Assembly: GCF_018977255.1 (NCBI RefSeq)
Contig: NW_024704743.1
Span: 53,880,001 to 53,944,000, forward strand
Length of the DNA: 64,000 nucleotides
Direction: 5' to 3'
DNA from: Callorhinchus milii
Taxonomy: Eukaryota
Under the pieces are notes generated by a model. The model worked only from the letters and a program-made list of their open reading frames with translations. It was not told the origin of the DNA and did not search any database. Shown here piece by piece: positions 47,501 to 59,500 of the stretch (the stretch's first letter is position 1; each line of letters opens with the position of its first letter). The translations under genes were made by a program, and so were the position numbers.

Positions 47501-50500
47501 GGACGAATATGCTCTTCTCTATGTGTTTTCAACTCACAAAGAAAATTGTTTTGGAACCAAAGTAGGTTGTGATGTCTATCTTTGTATACTCATAACTTGG
47601 TTTAACAAATTTATAACTAAGATTTAGTGTTTTTCACTTGTATTTTTTGGGAGGAATGTCAGAGGCTATGTTGACTGCACAAACCACATAGTTTGCAAAG
47701 TCTTTTGGTAAGTGTTTAGTGCTCAAAGCAGACCTGAAATCTAATCACATAGTTTATTTCATTTGAATTTCAAAGAAATGGTTCAATTTTTAAAACAAAA
47801 ACTTGTTTTTTTATGCTCCGAAACATGACAGTGCATCATTTGTGATAATACAGTGGCAAAGGACAAAGGAAAAAGAGACTTGTGGGTGTGATCTTTTGAA
47901 CAGAATATTAGATATTTTGAGATAAATCCAAAATAGTATGTTGGGGTGTGATAAAATTGGGGGGTGAGGGAGAGAATATAAAGGTTTGTTTTTGTTTCAA
48001 AACAAAAGTCAAACCAGCATCTTCTCCTGTTGCCAGATTTCTAAAACCCATCATCGTAAATGCACCTTAATATTGTGTGGTATTGCTGTGTGTACATGGT
48101 TGCTTAACCAGGTGTCAATGTTCTAGACTTGTGCAAATGTCAGGGAGAGCAATTTAGAGGAGAAGGTGAAAAAATAGAGATGTTCAGTGTTTCACACTTT
48201 CTCATTTTATTAACTCGGGTTGGGTTATAGATTAACAGACAGTGGGTCTGCCACTTGCCTAGGATTTGTAAAGTCTCTGTGGCTAAGTAGTAATAATAAT
48301 AATCCTTGCATTTGATATAGCGCCTTATCACTTCTTCGACATGTCTCAAAGCGATTCACAGAATAGACTGTAAAGTGAATTGACTGAATATTTTGTGGGC
48401 GGAACAGCATTGTTACACACAATGCATTTACTATGAGGGATCTTGCGGTTCTATAGAAATGTGGGGGATTAAATACAGAAATGATGATGTACTGAATGTT
48501 TGCATGCAATAATTAATTGTTTTGTGAAGGTAAACATCTAAACAGCTATTTCATGACTTTTAATGGAGGGGTTCAGGAATATGTTATATTGTTGGTAACG
48601 TTTGCTCATTTTTAACAGACTCCAAAATTGTTAGTGGATGTCTTCAATACACCAAGTGATGATGAGTTCATGGGCTTTGAAGAGATGGATTATGGAGAAA
48701 AATGGGACCACGTTGACTCTAAGAAATCAAGCCATGTAAGTAAACCCATGTTGAGAAAAATATTATTTTTGCTAATTTTTCCATTTCCCTGAAAAGTGCT
48801 GACGCTTTCTGGGATATGGTTCCAAGAGTACTGTTAGCCTTCCAGTGCTGTAATTCTTTGCAATTGGGTTTAAACAGGAGTGTTAGTAGGCTATTCAATT
48901 CTGGAGGGTGTCGCAGGTGGGCCAGATTCTGTTCCTGCCTGATGTCCATACAGGCATTACTGAACAAATTCCAGGATAGCAATCAGGAACACTAAGGTCA
49001 ATATATAGTGGCCGGAGAACTTCTCAACTTAGATCAGCAGAGAGCGGGAATTGACTTTCTTATCTGTGTGGCTTAATGCTGTGTTGGGAGATTTGCTGTG
49101 TTACCCACTAGGCTTTTGGGGTGCCTTGGGAAAAAAAAAGCCTGTTCTCCTGAACCTGATGGCATACCTATCTTATTGTTGGTTAGGAATTCCCGATAAA
49201 CTCTTTCTCGTTTATATGCATGTCACAAACCTGCTAAAACCCATATTCTTATCAACTCTCAGGTTCCCTCTTACCAATCCAAGTATATTACAGAAGAACT
49301 TATTGATCTTTTCACTGACGATAATGACTCGGCTGAAAGTGTTTTTGAAGGGTTCGCTGAATGGGATGTTGAACGTAACAATGAGATGGAGTGCAGGGTA
49401 AGTACTAGGATTCGACTCAACCTTTACTTTTTTTCGTCATAACTAAGATGAATAGAACTCGGATACATAGAAATGTTAAGCAAAGTGAAACATTTAGGGC
49501 ATGGTGTTTGTGCTACATCTGGTGTTTAGCTTGTACCTTTGTACCATCACGGCCTCGCTCCCTCCTACCTCTCTGACCTACTATCCCCCTACCTACCTGC
49601 CCGTACCCTCCATTCCTCTGGCTCCGGTCTGCTTCACATCCCCCGCCCCAACCGCCCTACCATTGGTGGCCGGGCCTTCAGCCTCTCAGCCCCGAGGCTC
49701 TGGAACTCCATCCCCCAGTGCCTTCGCTGCCTCCTCCCTTTCCTCCTTCAAGGCCGGTCTCAAGACCTTTCTCTTTGACCATGCCTTCAGCTCCCTTCTC
49801 GACTCTCTACCCCCTCCTCGCTCCCTCCCTTCCCTCCCCTCACCCTGACCATTTCCCTCCTGCCCGGGTCCTGACCCAACTGTCCAGCACCTCGGGACGT
49901 CCTCCCGACGTGAAAGGCGCTCTATAAATGAAATGTTGTTGTTGTCTTGTTGTTGTACATCTTTGCATCCCTTTCCTACCTACAGTCTTAATACCGAATG
50001 CAAACCTTTAAAATCGTAAAACAATTTTTACACTTATTTGTAAGTGCGATGTTATCAACAGGATGACTTGCTTGGTACAGATGGAGGCAGCTGGCATTTC
50101 ATTCACATCCAATTGATAGTAATCGTATCTAATGATCACATTTCTGATTTAATGAGAAATAGGTCGCAGTATGAGGCAGCAAGCAGAAGCGCTTTGATAG
50201 ATGGAGAAGATCAAGCAGACAAAAGGACTTGGGAAACCCATTTCCATTTTAAGTGCTAATACATTAGAATCCTGTTTACAGTATCGTATTTGGGGTCCTT
50301 AAAATCCCAACTTGCCTCAAAACGGGTGTGATTACGTATCAACACTTTGTATGCATGCAGTAAGTTGGCAGGCTTCCCGTGTTTAATAATGACTGACTTC
50401 TAAGTTGTTGCCATCACTTCCTATTAGCATAAGTAAGTTGGTTGTGTATTGTGAGGTTAGCGGGTTTCTGTGCATATGTGGGAAGTGATGTTTGTTCTGA

Positions 50501-53500
50501 TGCCATGAAAGTTTTAGGATCTGAGAAGCTGGCCGGAGTTTTGCCAGCGCCTTGCGATATTCTCCTGGTGTGAAAGGCGTTACACAAATGAAATTTGTTG
50601 TTGTTTTGAGTAGGCTGGCTGACTTTCTGAACACACATTAGATTTTTTGTATTTAGTAATTGGTAGGATACACACGGTTATGTGAACCCACTTTATAATG
50701 AAGCGTGTTATACAAGGGTTCTACTGTAGGAAAAAGCCTTTTACAGTGTATCCGTGGAGCGTTAGTTTCCTGCTTTCTGTGCAGGAAGTAACATCAGTGG
50801 CACCCGATGAGCAGGAAGTTGGCCATCTTTCAGCGTGCAGTCATAGTGATGTAATTGGCACCGTGATCGGTAATACAGTACAAAATTACATTTATATAGT
50901 ACCTTTCATGTCGGGAGGACGTCCCAAGGTGATGTCACGATGCGGAAGGGCTGATCATGCCTCATTGTAGATTTGGGTTGGGATATTTTTGTATTCTAAC
51001 CACTGCTTTATAACGGGGGCTGCACTGCATCAGGTCATGGGACCATTTCTAAAAAGCTATCTGAGCTGGTATGAGTATGAAAATGGCTACATCTAGCATT
51101 CTGCTGAGCCCCATATTTGAGAGTAAGCGTCATCGCCATGATCTCTGCATAGAGGTGCTCAACATGAAATTTTAACACAGTTTCCAAGGATGAAAGGACA
51201 ATGTGTTAATCTGCAAAATACAATGAAAGGAAATAAATGCAGTTGAAACAGAATTTGTTTTCTCATTGACTTTACAAACGTTTCTTTTGGATGCTGGAAA
51301 ACAATATGCTCATGACGCTCCCGCGTGCAAGAACTTTCCGATGAGGTATAAATCATGTCTTTATGTCAATTGGTTATTGCGTTCTTGGCGGATACACACG
51401 GACATTTCGTTTTTATTAGTATAGAAGAAGAGATAGAAGATAATGTCTGTTTACTTTTGTTTCTTTGCATGTTTGTTTCTTCCAGTCTACTCAGTCTGAG
51501 ATGGAGGATGAAGGCTTCACAGAAGACGATGATGGTGATGATGAAACTGATTATGAAATCGAGTTTTCCTCAGACAGTGAGATGGATGCGATACCAAAGA
51601 AAAGTCATTTTGGACTCCGCGTGGCATTCAAATTTCCTACAAAGAGGCCGGTGAAAGCAAGGGAGCCAGAACCTTCGGAGTCTGACTCGGATGAAGATTC
51701 TGGGTCAGAAAAGAAAACCTCCAATGTCCTGCTGAAGAGGGCACTGAACATTAAAGAAAACAAAGAAATGGTAAGACTGCTTTCAACATTGTTAGGTCAC
51801 ATGTAATTAACAATGTGACAGTGCTGCTTTACACGTCACCTTTCATAGAAATTACGACACAGAAGGAGGCCATTCAGACCTTCGAACTTAGCTCATTCAC
51901 TGGGGCTAACTACTTTCAACTCCCTGCTCTTTCCTTCTACTCTCATATTCTTGCTTTTCAATTGTTCATCTGATTCCCTTTTAAATGTTGTTGTGGTCTT
52001 AGGTTCAGTGAACAAAGCATTCTGTGTTCCATTAAGTGTATGGGTGAAGCGTTTTCTTTTAGCATTAATACTCTCAAGACTATTCAAAGGAAATGTACAA
52101 GTTATAAAACCATGGTGTACAACATTATTGCAGTCAAACTGTTTGGATAAGTTTTGGAGTTGCCTTAGTACACATAAACAGAATTTTGCATCTTGTTCTC
52201 AGTAAGTGAGAAGCTAGGAAATTCAGAAGATTTTTTTCGTGTCTTAGACACTTTTCTCAAGCTGCTGGGGAGCAGGTTGACAAATGAACAACAATTTGTA
52301 TCCAATGAGAATACTGGGAGAAACAATCTCAGTATTGTAGAATTTTTTAAATCCACCTAAACAGGCAGACTGGGCTGGTTTTAATTTCCCATCCAAAAAA
52401 CAGCACTTCCCTCCTGCGCTGACTGTCAGCTTTGATTTGATGTGGGCCTTGAATCCAGAACCTTCTGATTCAAACTCAGCACTGGAGGGAATTGTGGATT
52501 TGAACCAGAGACATAAGTACGATGTAGTATATTGGCTTCCTTCCTGCCCTCAATAAAACTGGGTGACGGTCAGGACCAACTCAGGCAGGCTGGAGAGAGA
52601 GTGAAGCGTGGCCTTGGTTTTCTCAAGACTATTCAAACCAAATATGGAAGTTAGAAAACCAAGGTGTACAAAACTGCTGAAAGTGAGGTTAAGAAATTCA
52701 GAAGAATTTTCCATGTCTTAAACATTTTTCTCAAGCTACTTGGGAGCAGGTTGGATAATTCCTAATTGGAGTGAATGGGGTGGTGCTCCTTGAAATAATA
52801 ATACTTTTACATTTGCCACTACGGAACATAAGATGTTTGTGCTGTTTTATTTTCTTGTTTTATGCATTCATAAGCTAGTGCTCCAAGACTGGTGGCCAAT
52901 CAAAGTCAAGAGGTGTTTGGGACAAGTGACAAATATTATTCTAGTTTTTAGTTGATGCGAAATCTTTTTTTTAAAAAAGACAGTTACTTGATTATACTTT
53001 TGTGTTTTGAGTAACTGGATTTAAAATGAACCTGTGGCTGCATTATTTATCAATGGGGACAAACTAATGGTTGATTTGTAGCTGTTTCAAATCATAATTT
53101 TGGTTGAGTTCATGACATAACGTACTGTTTTTTCTTCTCCAGAATATTTCTTCTCTCTTTTTACTTTGCAGATTCCTAAAACCTAGATCTTCTGGGGCCT
53201 TTAGGAACATAAACTAATCTGTTTTTGATTATCTTCCAGCTTGCCAAGCTCATGGCAGAGCTGAAAACTATGCCCGGACTATTTCCAGTGAAAGTGAGCA
53301 GTACATCGCCTTCAGTAAGTATTGATGTTGTGGCCAGAGCCCTGGGGTGAGAACGGTGATGTGTGATTTATTTATGAATCAGTTTGGTTTGTATTCTTTA
53401 CAGTGAGACTGAAAGATGGTGTTGTGCAGAGGTGTAGACTGCCTTCATGTCAGACCATTGTTCTGATCTTGATATGGGGTGGGGAGAGAGACATTCACTC

Positions 53501-56500
53501 TCAAACCTGTTGATGTTGGAAAGGTCAGTTTGGATTGTACCTTTTGGCAATCTGATAATTGACATTGGCCATAACTGTCATTTGTTTACATTTACATTAC
53601 AGGACTCGTGGAGTCCTGTAGCTCAGTGGTTAGAGCACTCGCTTTGCAAGCGAGAGACCTGAGTTCAATTCCAGGCAGGTCAGGGCGAAACCTTGGGCAA
53701 GTTTCCTTACTCCACACAGAGCCTAATAATAATCCCTCCAAAAAACAAAAACAATAATAAATTGGTCATTTTCAATCTACGACTGTTTGTGGGACATTGC
53801 TGTGCGCAATTGGCTGCCGCGTTCGCCCACAAATATACAGTCAATTCACTTTACAGTGTGTTCTGTGAAGCGCTTTGGGACGTCCTCCCGACGTGAAAAG
53901 CGCTATATCAAATGCAAGGATTATTATTATTATTATTATTTTTCACTCCCCTTTTACTTTTCTTGGTTGCACTTCCAAAAACCCAAAACAGAAAAGCAGC
54001 TGACTCCCAACATGAAGCATTTCTAACTTTGCTGTCATCTGCGTACAAAGTGCAATTTAAACTTGTCCATTATTTTATCTTAGACACAAATAAAACAAAG
54101 GCACTAATAGTGCAGAGGTTTTAGTAAACGTGCAAGCTTTTGAGGCATGATAAAATCCTACAATTCAGCGCATGGTATCGTATGGTTTGTTTGGTAGCAT
54201 GAATGAGCCAAGTCTCATTGTATGGTGCTTGTGGTAAAATTGGTTTATATCAGGAGTCCTGCCAAACCACAATTTACAATTATTTTTGATTAGGGTGCAG
54301 TGGAAGGGGGGGGGTGAAAGTTACAGTAGAGTTATCAAAACCTTTTGAAGAAGCTGGTACCTGAATGAGACAGCTGAGGCTGGGAAGGAGGAAGTGAAAC
54401 CTGGAGCTTAATCAAAGTCCAGTCTTCCCCTTCAGCTTAATAAGAAAGCCAAAATAAAGTTTGAAACTTCTTTGGCGATTGTAGAAAATATCTATTAAGG
54501 AACAGACCCCAAGTCTTCCATTCTCACCTCTTGAAAACTTTGACTCCTAGCATATGGTATTTGTTAAATAATTTTCATAGTTCCTTGTCTCAAATCAGAA
54601 ATCTTCTGTTTCGTTGCTTTATTTCTTTTACCTTTTTACTACTTGTATATCCTGTAAAGTGTTTTTTTATGGAATGGATGAGTAACACATTTTAAAATTG
54701 TTGAAAACCTTTAAATTGCTCTCACAGTCTTTTCTGGGTAGGCCAACCAGTACATTTTCAGTTACGCACCCTGAATGAAATCCTAATATTAGTCGCAAAG
54801 CTGCTCTGCCAGAAGGGTAGCTTGATTGCAATATTAAACATAAGCTGCAAAAATATATAGTTACACAATTTTAACTGCCCGTGTTTATGTTCTTTTCTTC
54901 CCCCTCCCCCATTTCTTCCTTATTTTCTCTGTTGTGATGCTACCACGCTTATTTTGACTTCCATTTTTAATTAATTTTAACCATTTCTGGCTATTTCTAG
55001 CCTTCCAATCTGTTCAAATCTGACATTTCTTCCAGCTCCCACAGTCCCATTTTGGATGGTGGGAGAAAACATTTTGTTGTGTGAAGACTGGCCAATGAAG
55101 ATCGACATATCAATGAGGCTAGAATGAATGAAGGCATCTGTAGCATTTTAATTTTAAGCGTTAAGCTCTTGAATTAAAGCCATATATAGGCATGTTAGTG
55201 TAGATCTCTGGCCTATTTCTCACTTACTGTAAAATAATTACATTTTATTTCAGAAACAAAGGCGAACCCCAAAGAGGACCTTTTCCGAGGGAAAGATTGA
55301 ACGTCGAGTGAATCCTACCAGGAGTGCACGGCCTCCCCAGGGGTTCTCCGTAGAATGCTTTGCAATTTCTCCAACCAAACTTATGGATCAAGTGAAAAAC
55401 TTTAATCTGAGAACCAACTTTTCCAATCATTTTGTTGAGGTAGGTTGCAATTTCGAAGCGTTTTTACTGATTCTATTTTTTTTACACAAAGGAATGCCCT
55501 TCAAGATGGATGTTCAAATAATTAGCATTATTTGAACTTGCCAAGGGGGAAGATGAAGGAGATCTCGGGGTGTTAGTTGACTTCTTACTCACTGTGGCAA
55601 AACCGTGTGAGGAAGCATTAATCAAGGCAAACAGGATAATAAACTCTATTCATAAATCAATTGAGTTTAGATTCCCAAACATTTTCAAGCTGTACAGTGC
55701 TCTGGTCAGATTGTACCTTTAATACTGCATACTGGTCACCGTTGCATAAGGAGATTGCCCAGGTCCTAGAGGCAATGCAGAACAACAAGAATGATCCCCA
55801 GTGTTAGAGAAATCAGCTATAAGTAATGACTAGACAAGCTCAGATTCTTGAGAGAAGACAACCTAGAGGAGACCTCATAGACTGAAGGGCGTTCTTTATT
55901 TAATAAACAATCTTGTGATCTATAGATATGTAGAGGTGTAAAATGTCCCCAAGAATATTTTGAAGTAGCCTGGGTAGTATCAAGCTTTGCAATGGCTCAG
56001 ATGTTTTAATCGTTACTTGATTATTTATTGACGTTTGTTATGTACATAAACCCTTGTTTCCCTTGTTCAAAGCGTGTTTTAAGACTTGTCTATTTGGCCG
56101 TACCTTCGATCATCTTCTCCCTTCCCACCCTCTTCGATTCCCACCCCCAGCTCGGATGCTCATCCGGGATTATTGAGCACTTTTAAGACTTGCTTTCACC
56201 ATGAAAGGCTCCATTAATTGTAAATTGTATTGTGGAGTCGTGTAGCTCAGTGGTTAGAGCACTCGCTTTGCAAGCAAGAGATCTGGGTTTGATTCCCTTC
56301 GGGGCAAAACCTTGGGCAAGTTTCCTTACTCCACACGCCTGATAATAATCCCTCAAGAAAAAAAACAATAATAAGTTGGTCACTTCAATCCATGGCTTTT
56401 TGTGGGACACTGCTGTGCACAATTGGCTGCCGCATTTTGCCCACAAATATACAGTCATTTCCCTTTACAGTTTATTCTGTGAAGCGCTTTGAGACATCTA

Positions 56501-59500
56501 GAAGATGTGAAAAGCGCTATATCAAATGCAAGTATTATTATTATTTCAGCCACCGTTGGTATTCTTAACCATGTGTGAACTTGCTTTCCTGTTGTGATTT
56601 TCCTTTGCTGGTGTGACTGCACCATTACAACCCTTAAAATGCTATGTATTTGACAGGGTGCGGGAATAAGTAAGAGGAGGCGACGATCTTCTAAATATGC
56701 ACCACGGCCGGCTGATGATATCACTGATGAGGACTTGGATAATGTTGCAATCACTGTTCGAGACAAAATCTACGATCGTGTTATGGTTAGTGTCAACCTG
56801 TGTCCAACAGCACGTTTTGGTGGTACTCATTCTTATTATTCCTTCATCCTTTTTCTTTAAATAGATGTCCGATCGGAGAGTCTGAAATAAATTGAGCTGT
56901 ATTATGAGCCACATGTAAACACAGCTGTATTTTGAGCCACATGTAAACATGTACCAAGAGAATTACAGGTTCCCGTAATTATGGAAATAACAAGTGATTT
57001 ATTAATTATGTATTTAATAACCAGTCCGTTTCATTTGTGTTAATTGTATAATTAAGGGTACCAGCCATTTTCTCTATACATGGGTGTTACACATGGTGCA
57101 TAATACAATTGTTGTGTTCCATGTGCAAAATGTGAAGCCTTGTTTAATTGTTTGCACCTTGCTGTCCAAATTGACCTTTTAGAGTTGATGTTTTCAACGC
57201 TGAGTAAGTGGAATTAAACATAGTTTAAAGCTCATTATTCATAGTAGTCGGGGTGGCACTGCCCTGTTATGGAGATGAAAACTGCAGATATCAGGGTTAT
57301 GTTTGCTTCTGCATTGCTCTCTCTCCCTCTCTCTCTGCCTCTATAACTGTCTGGTTTGTTTGTGTTTCTATAATGCTGTCCTTACCTGGTTTGATTCTTT
57401 CTCTACCTCATGTTACTCGAGAAAATTCTGACCTTGGGTAACATCGCACGCATATAAAACATTTGCCAACATTGCTGCCGACTTCACTTTGATATGTGGA
57501 TAAACAACATGCGTTTAGAGTGTTCTACTCTCTAAGCCTCTAGCAGATAATGTAATAATCATCAATGTTAGCAGTCTGGAATGGCAATCTTCTAATTGAT
57601 TCAATGTCTTCTAATTTTCGGGTGCACAGCAGTATTTTTAATTCTTGCAGTTAGTATCATCTGTCACCATCTTTAACTCTGTCCCGTATTTAAATATTTT
57701 TATTTTGTTTCTATAAGCAAACTTTCTAAGTAAATTTAACTATAAATTTCCCAGAAAATCTTTATGCTGTCTTGTGTGTATACTGCTGAAACTAATCCAC
57801 AGCAGGGGTAAAATGCACTTTCTTTTCTGATATCTAAATGCAGCGTCTTGCGCATTAATTTCCCTGTCTGTCAATGCTAAATTCAGTCATTTTGATGTTG
57901 CCTTCTTCACTTTTCAAGATGAAGTAATCCTTTTATTGGGGCTTGTACCGAAAGGTAAAATGTGTGTGTGTACTTTTGCGTTTTTAGGGCAACACCTGCC
58001 ATCAATGTCGACAAAAAACCATAGATACAAAAACGATTTGTCGAAATGAAGGTTGTTATGGTGTGAGAGGTCAGTTCTGTGGGCCGTGTCTGCGTAATCG
58101 ATATGGTGAAGATGTCAGAACAGCACTTCTGGACGCTGTGAGTATATTTTATTTTGTGAAGGAATGGTTTGATTTTTCTCGCTAGTTTTTTTTGTTTCCC
58201 AATTTTCCACTTTTATTAATTTCTCAATCAGTGGACTCGTATCCCCATTAGTCGGACAGCAGAACAATTGACATCACTCCCATTTGAAATTGAAGTATTT
58301 TTACTGCTTAACCTTTGTAAGAGCTTGTGTTTTCGGTTGTCTATGATAATACAGGCTCGGATCAAGCCTTTTACACGAATGACATTGCAGGATGCGATCC
58401 TAACACTAAGACATTGTGGGTATGATTCAGTAAATTTATCAATCAGTGGAGAATCGGGCCCAGCATGATGACTGTAATTATTGGTAGTTGGAGTCTGTTT
58501 CATGTGCCAATGTTTAGCCTGCAAGTAGCTAAATCATGGGTATGTGTACAGTCAAACATGTGGGTGGTGCAGGTTTGCTTTGAAACTATCTAGGATACTA
58601 AAGTCTGTCATCCCAACTATTGACTATTCTCCTTTGTGGCGGGGGGAGATAAGTGGGGTCATCCTGAAGCTGAACTGGCTCCAAGGTGACATGCTTGGCA
58701 ACAGAATGTCGGAATTAAGCCAGCCATCTGTTGTGTTCATGGTAGTCTGGTTCCTGAGCCAGACCTGTTCGCAGGGAACTGCTGATGACAGCACAGCCAA
58801 CCTGTCTCATTGGTAGGGCTTGGAGTTGTGACCGGCAATCTTTTCTGCAGCTTGTCCCAATGACCAGAGAGTTCTTTCAATGGCAAAATATGTGGTACCC
58901 CAATGCACACTCTGGGGGGTATCCAAGTCTTGGTTCTTGCCAGTCTGTGCTCAATGTTCTCAGGAATTGGGAAAGCAGGATACATCCCTCCAAGGAGAGA
59001 GTGCACACTCCATTCCAATATTCAAGAATTTCCATGTGTAGGTGGGATGTGAAACTCAGCTTGGTTTGGATACTCTTAAGTGTGATGATGGGTTTCTGCA
59101 TCTGTCAGACACCCGGCTGCCTGACCAAAGATCTTTGCCGTAAAGTAGTTACCCAGTTTATGTCTGGGCTCCACAGTGTTTACATGAACTGTGTTTAGCG
59201 TTATCATGTTCCTTTAAAGTATCTGCATGTTTATTCAGTGTTATGTGAAGGTAATCGGAGGTTGAGTGCTGTTAATTTTAGAGATGTAATATCGGCTGTT
59301 TTATCTTGTGCAGGACTGGGTATGTCCTCCTTGCAGAGGGATCTGTAACTGTAGCTTCTGCCGCCGTCGGGATGGGCGCTGTGCTACAGGCATTCTTGTC
59401 CATTTGGCAAAGTTTTATGGATACGATAATGTTCAAGCCTATCTAGAAAGGTAAGCTGGGGAGTGTGTGGATTTGGGCAGTGTAAAAGTGGTGAAAACTG

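Noticed and set aside
51500..51530. EDEGF in exon 6 as a fifth FxGF motif
   Set aside because: It lacks the first Phe of FxGF and the preceding helix pattern.
53610..53690. tRNA-Ala(TGC)-like sequences at SINE heads (also 15992, 17184, 29250, 36236, 38302, 56233)
   Set aside because: They have A/B boxes but no complete acceptor stem, and run directly into the SINE body. They are SINE heads, not tRNA genes.
58775..58830. CTGATGA motif in the unclassified repeat as a possible hammerhead ribozyme core
   Set aside because: No stem II followed by GAAA could be formed.
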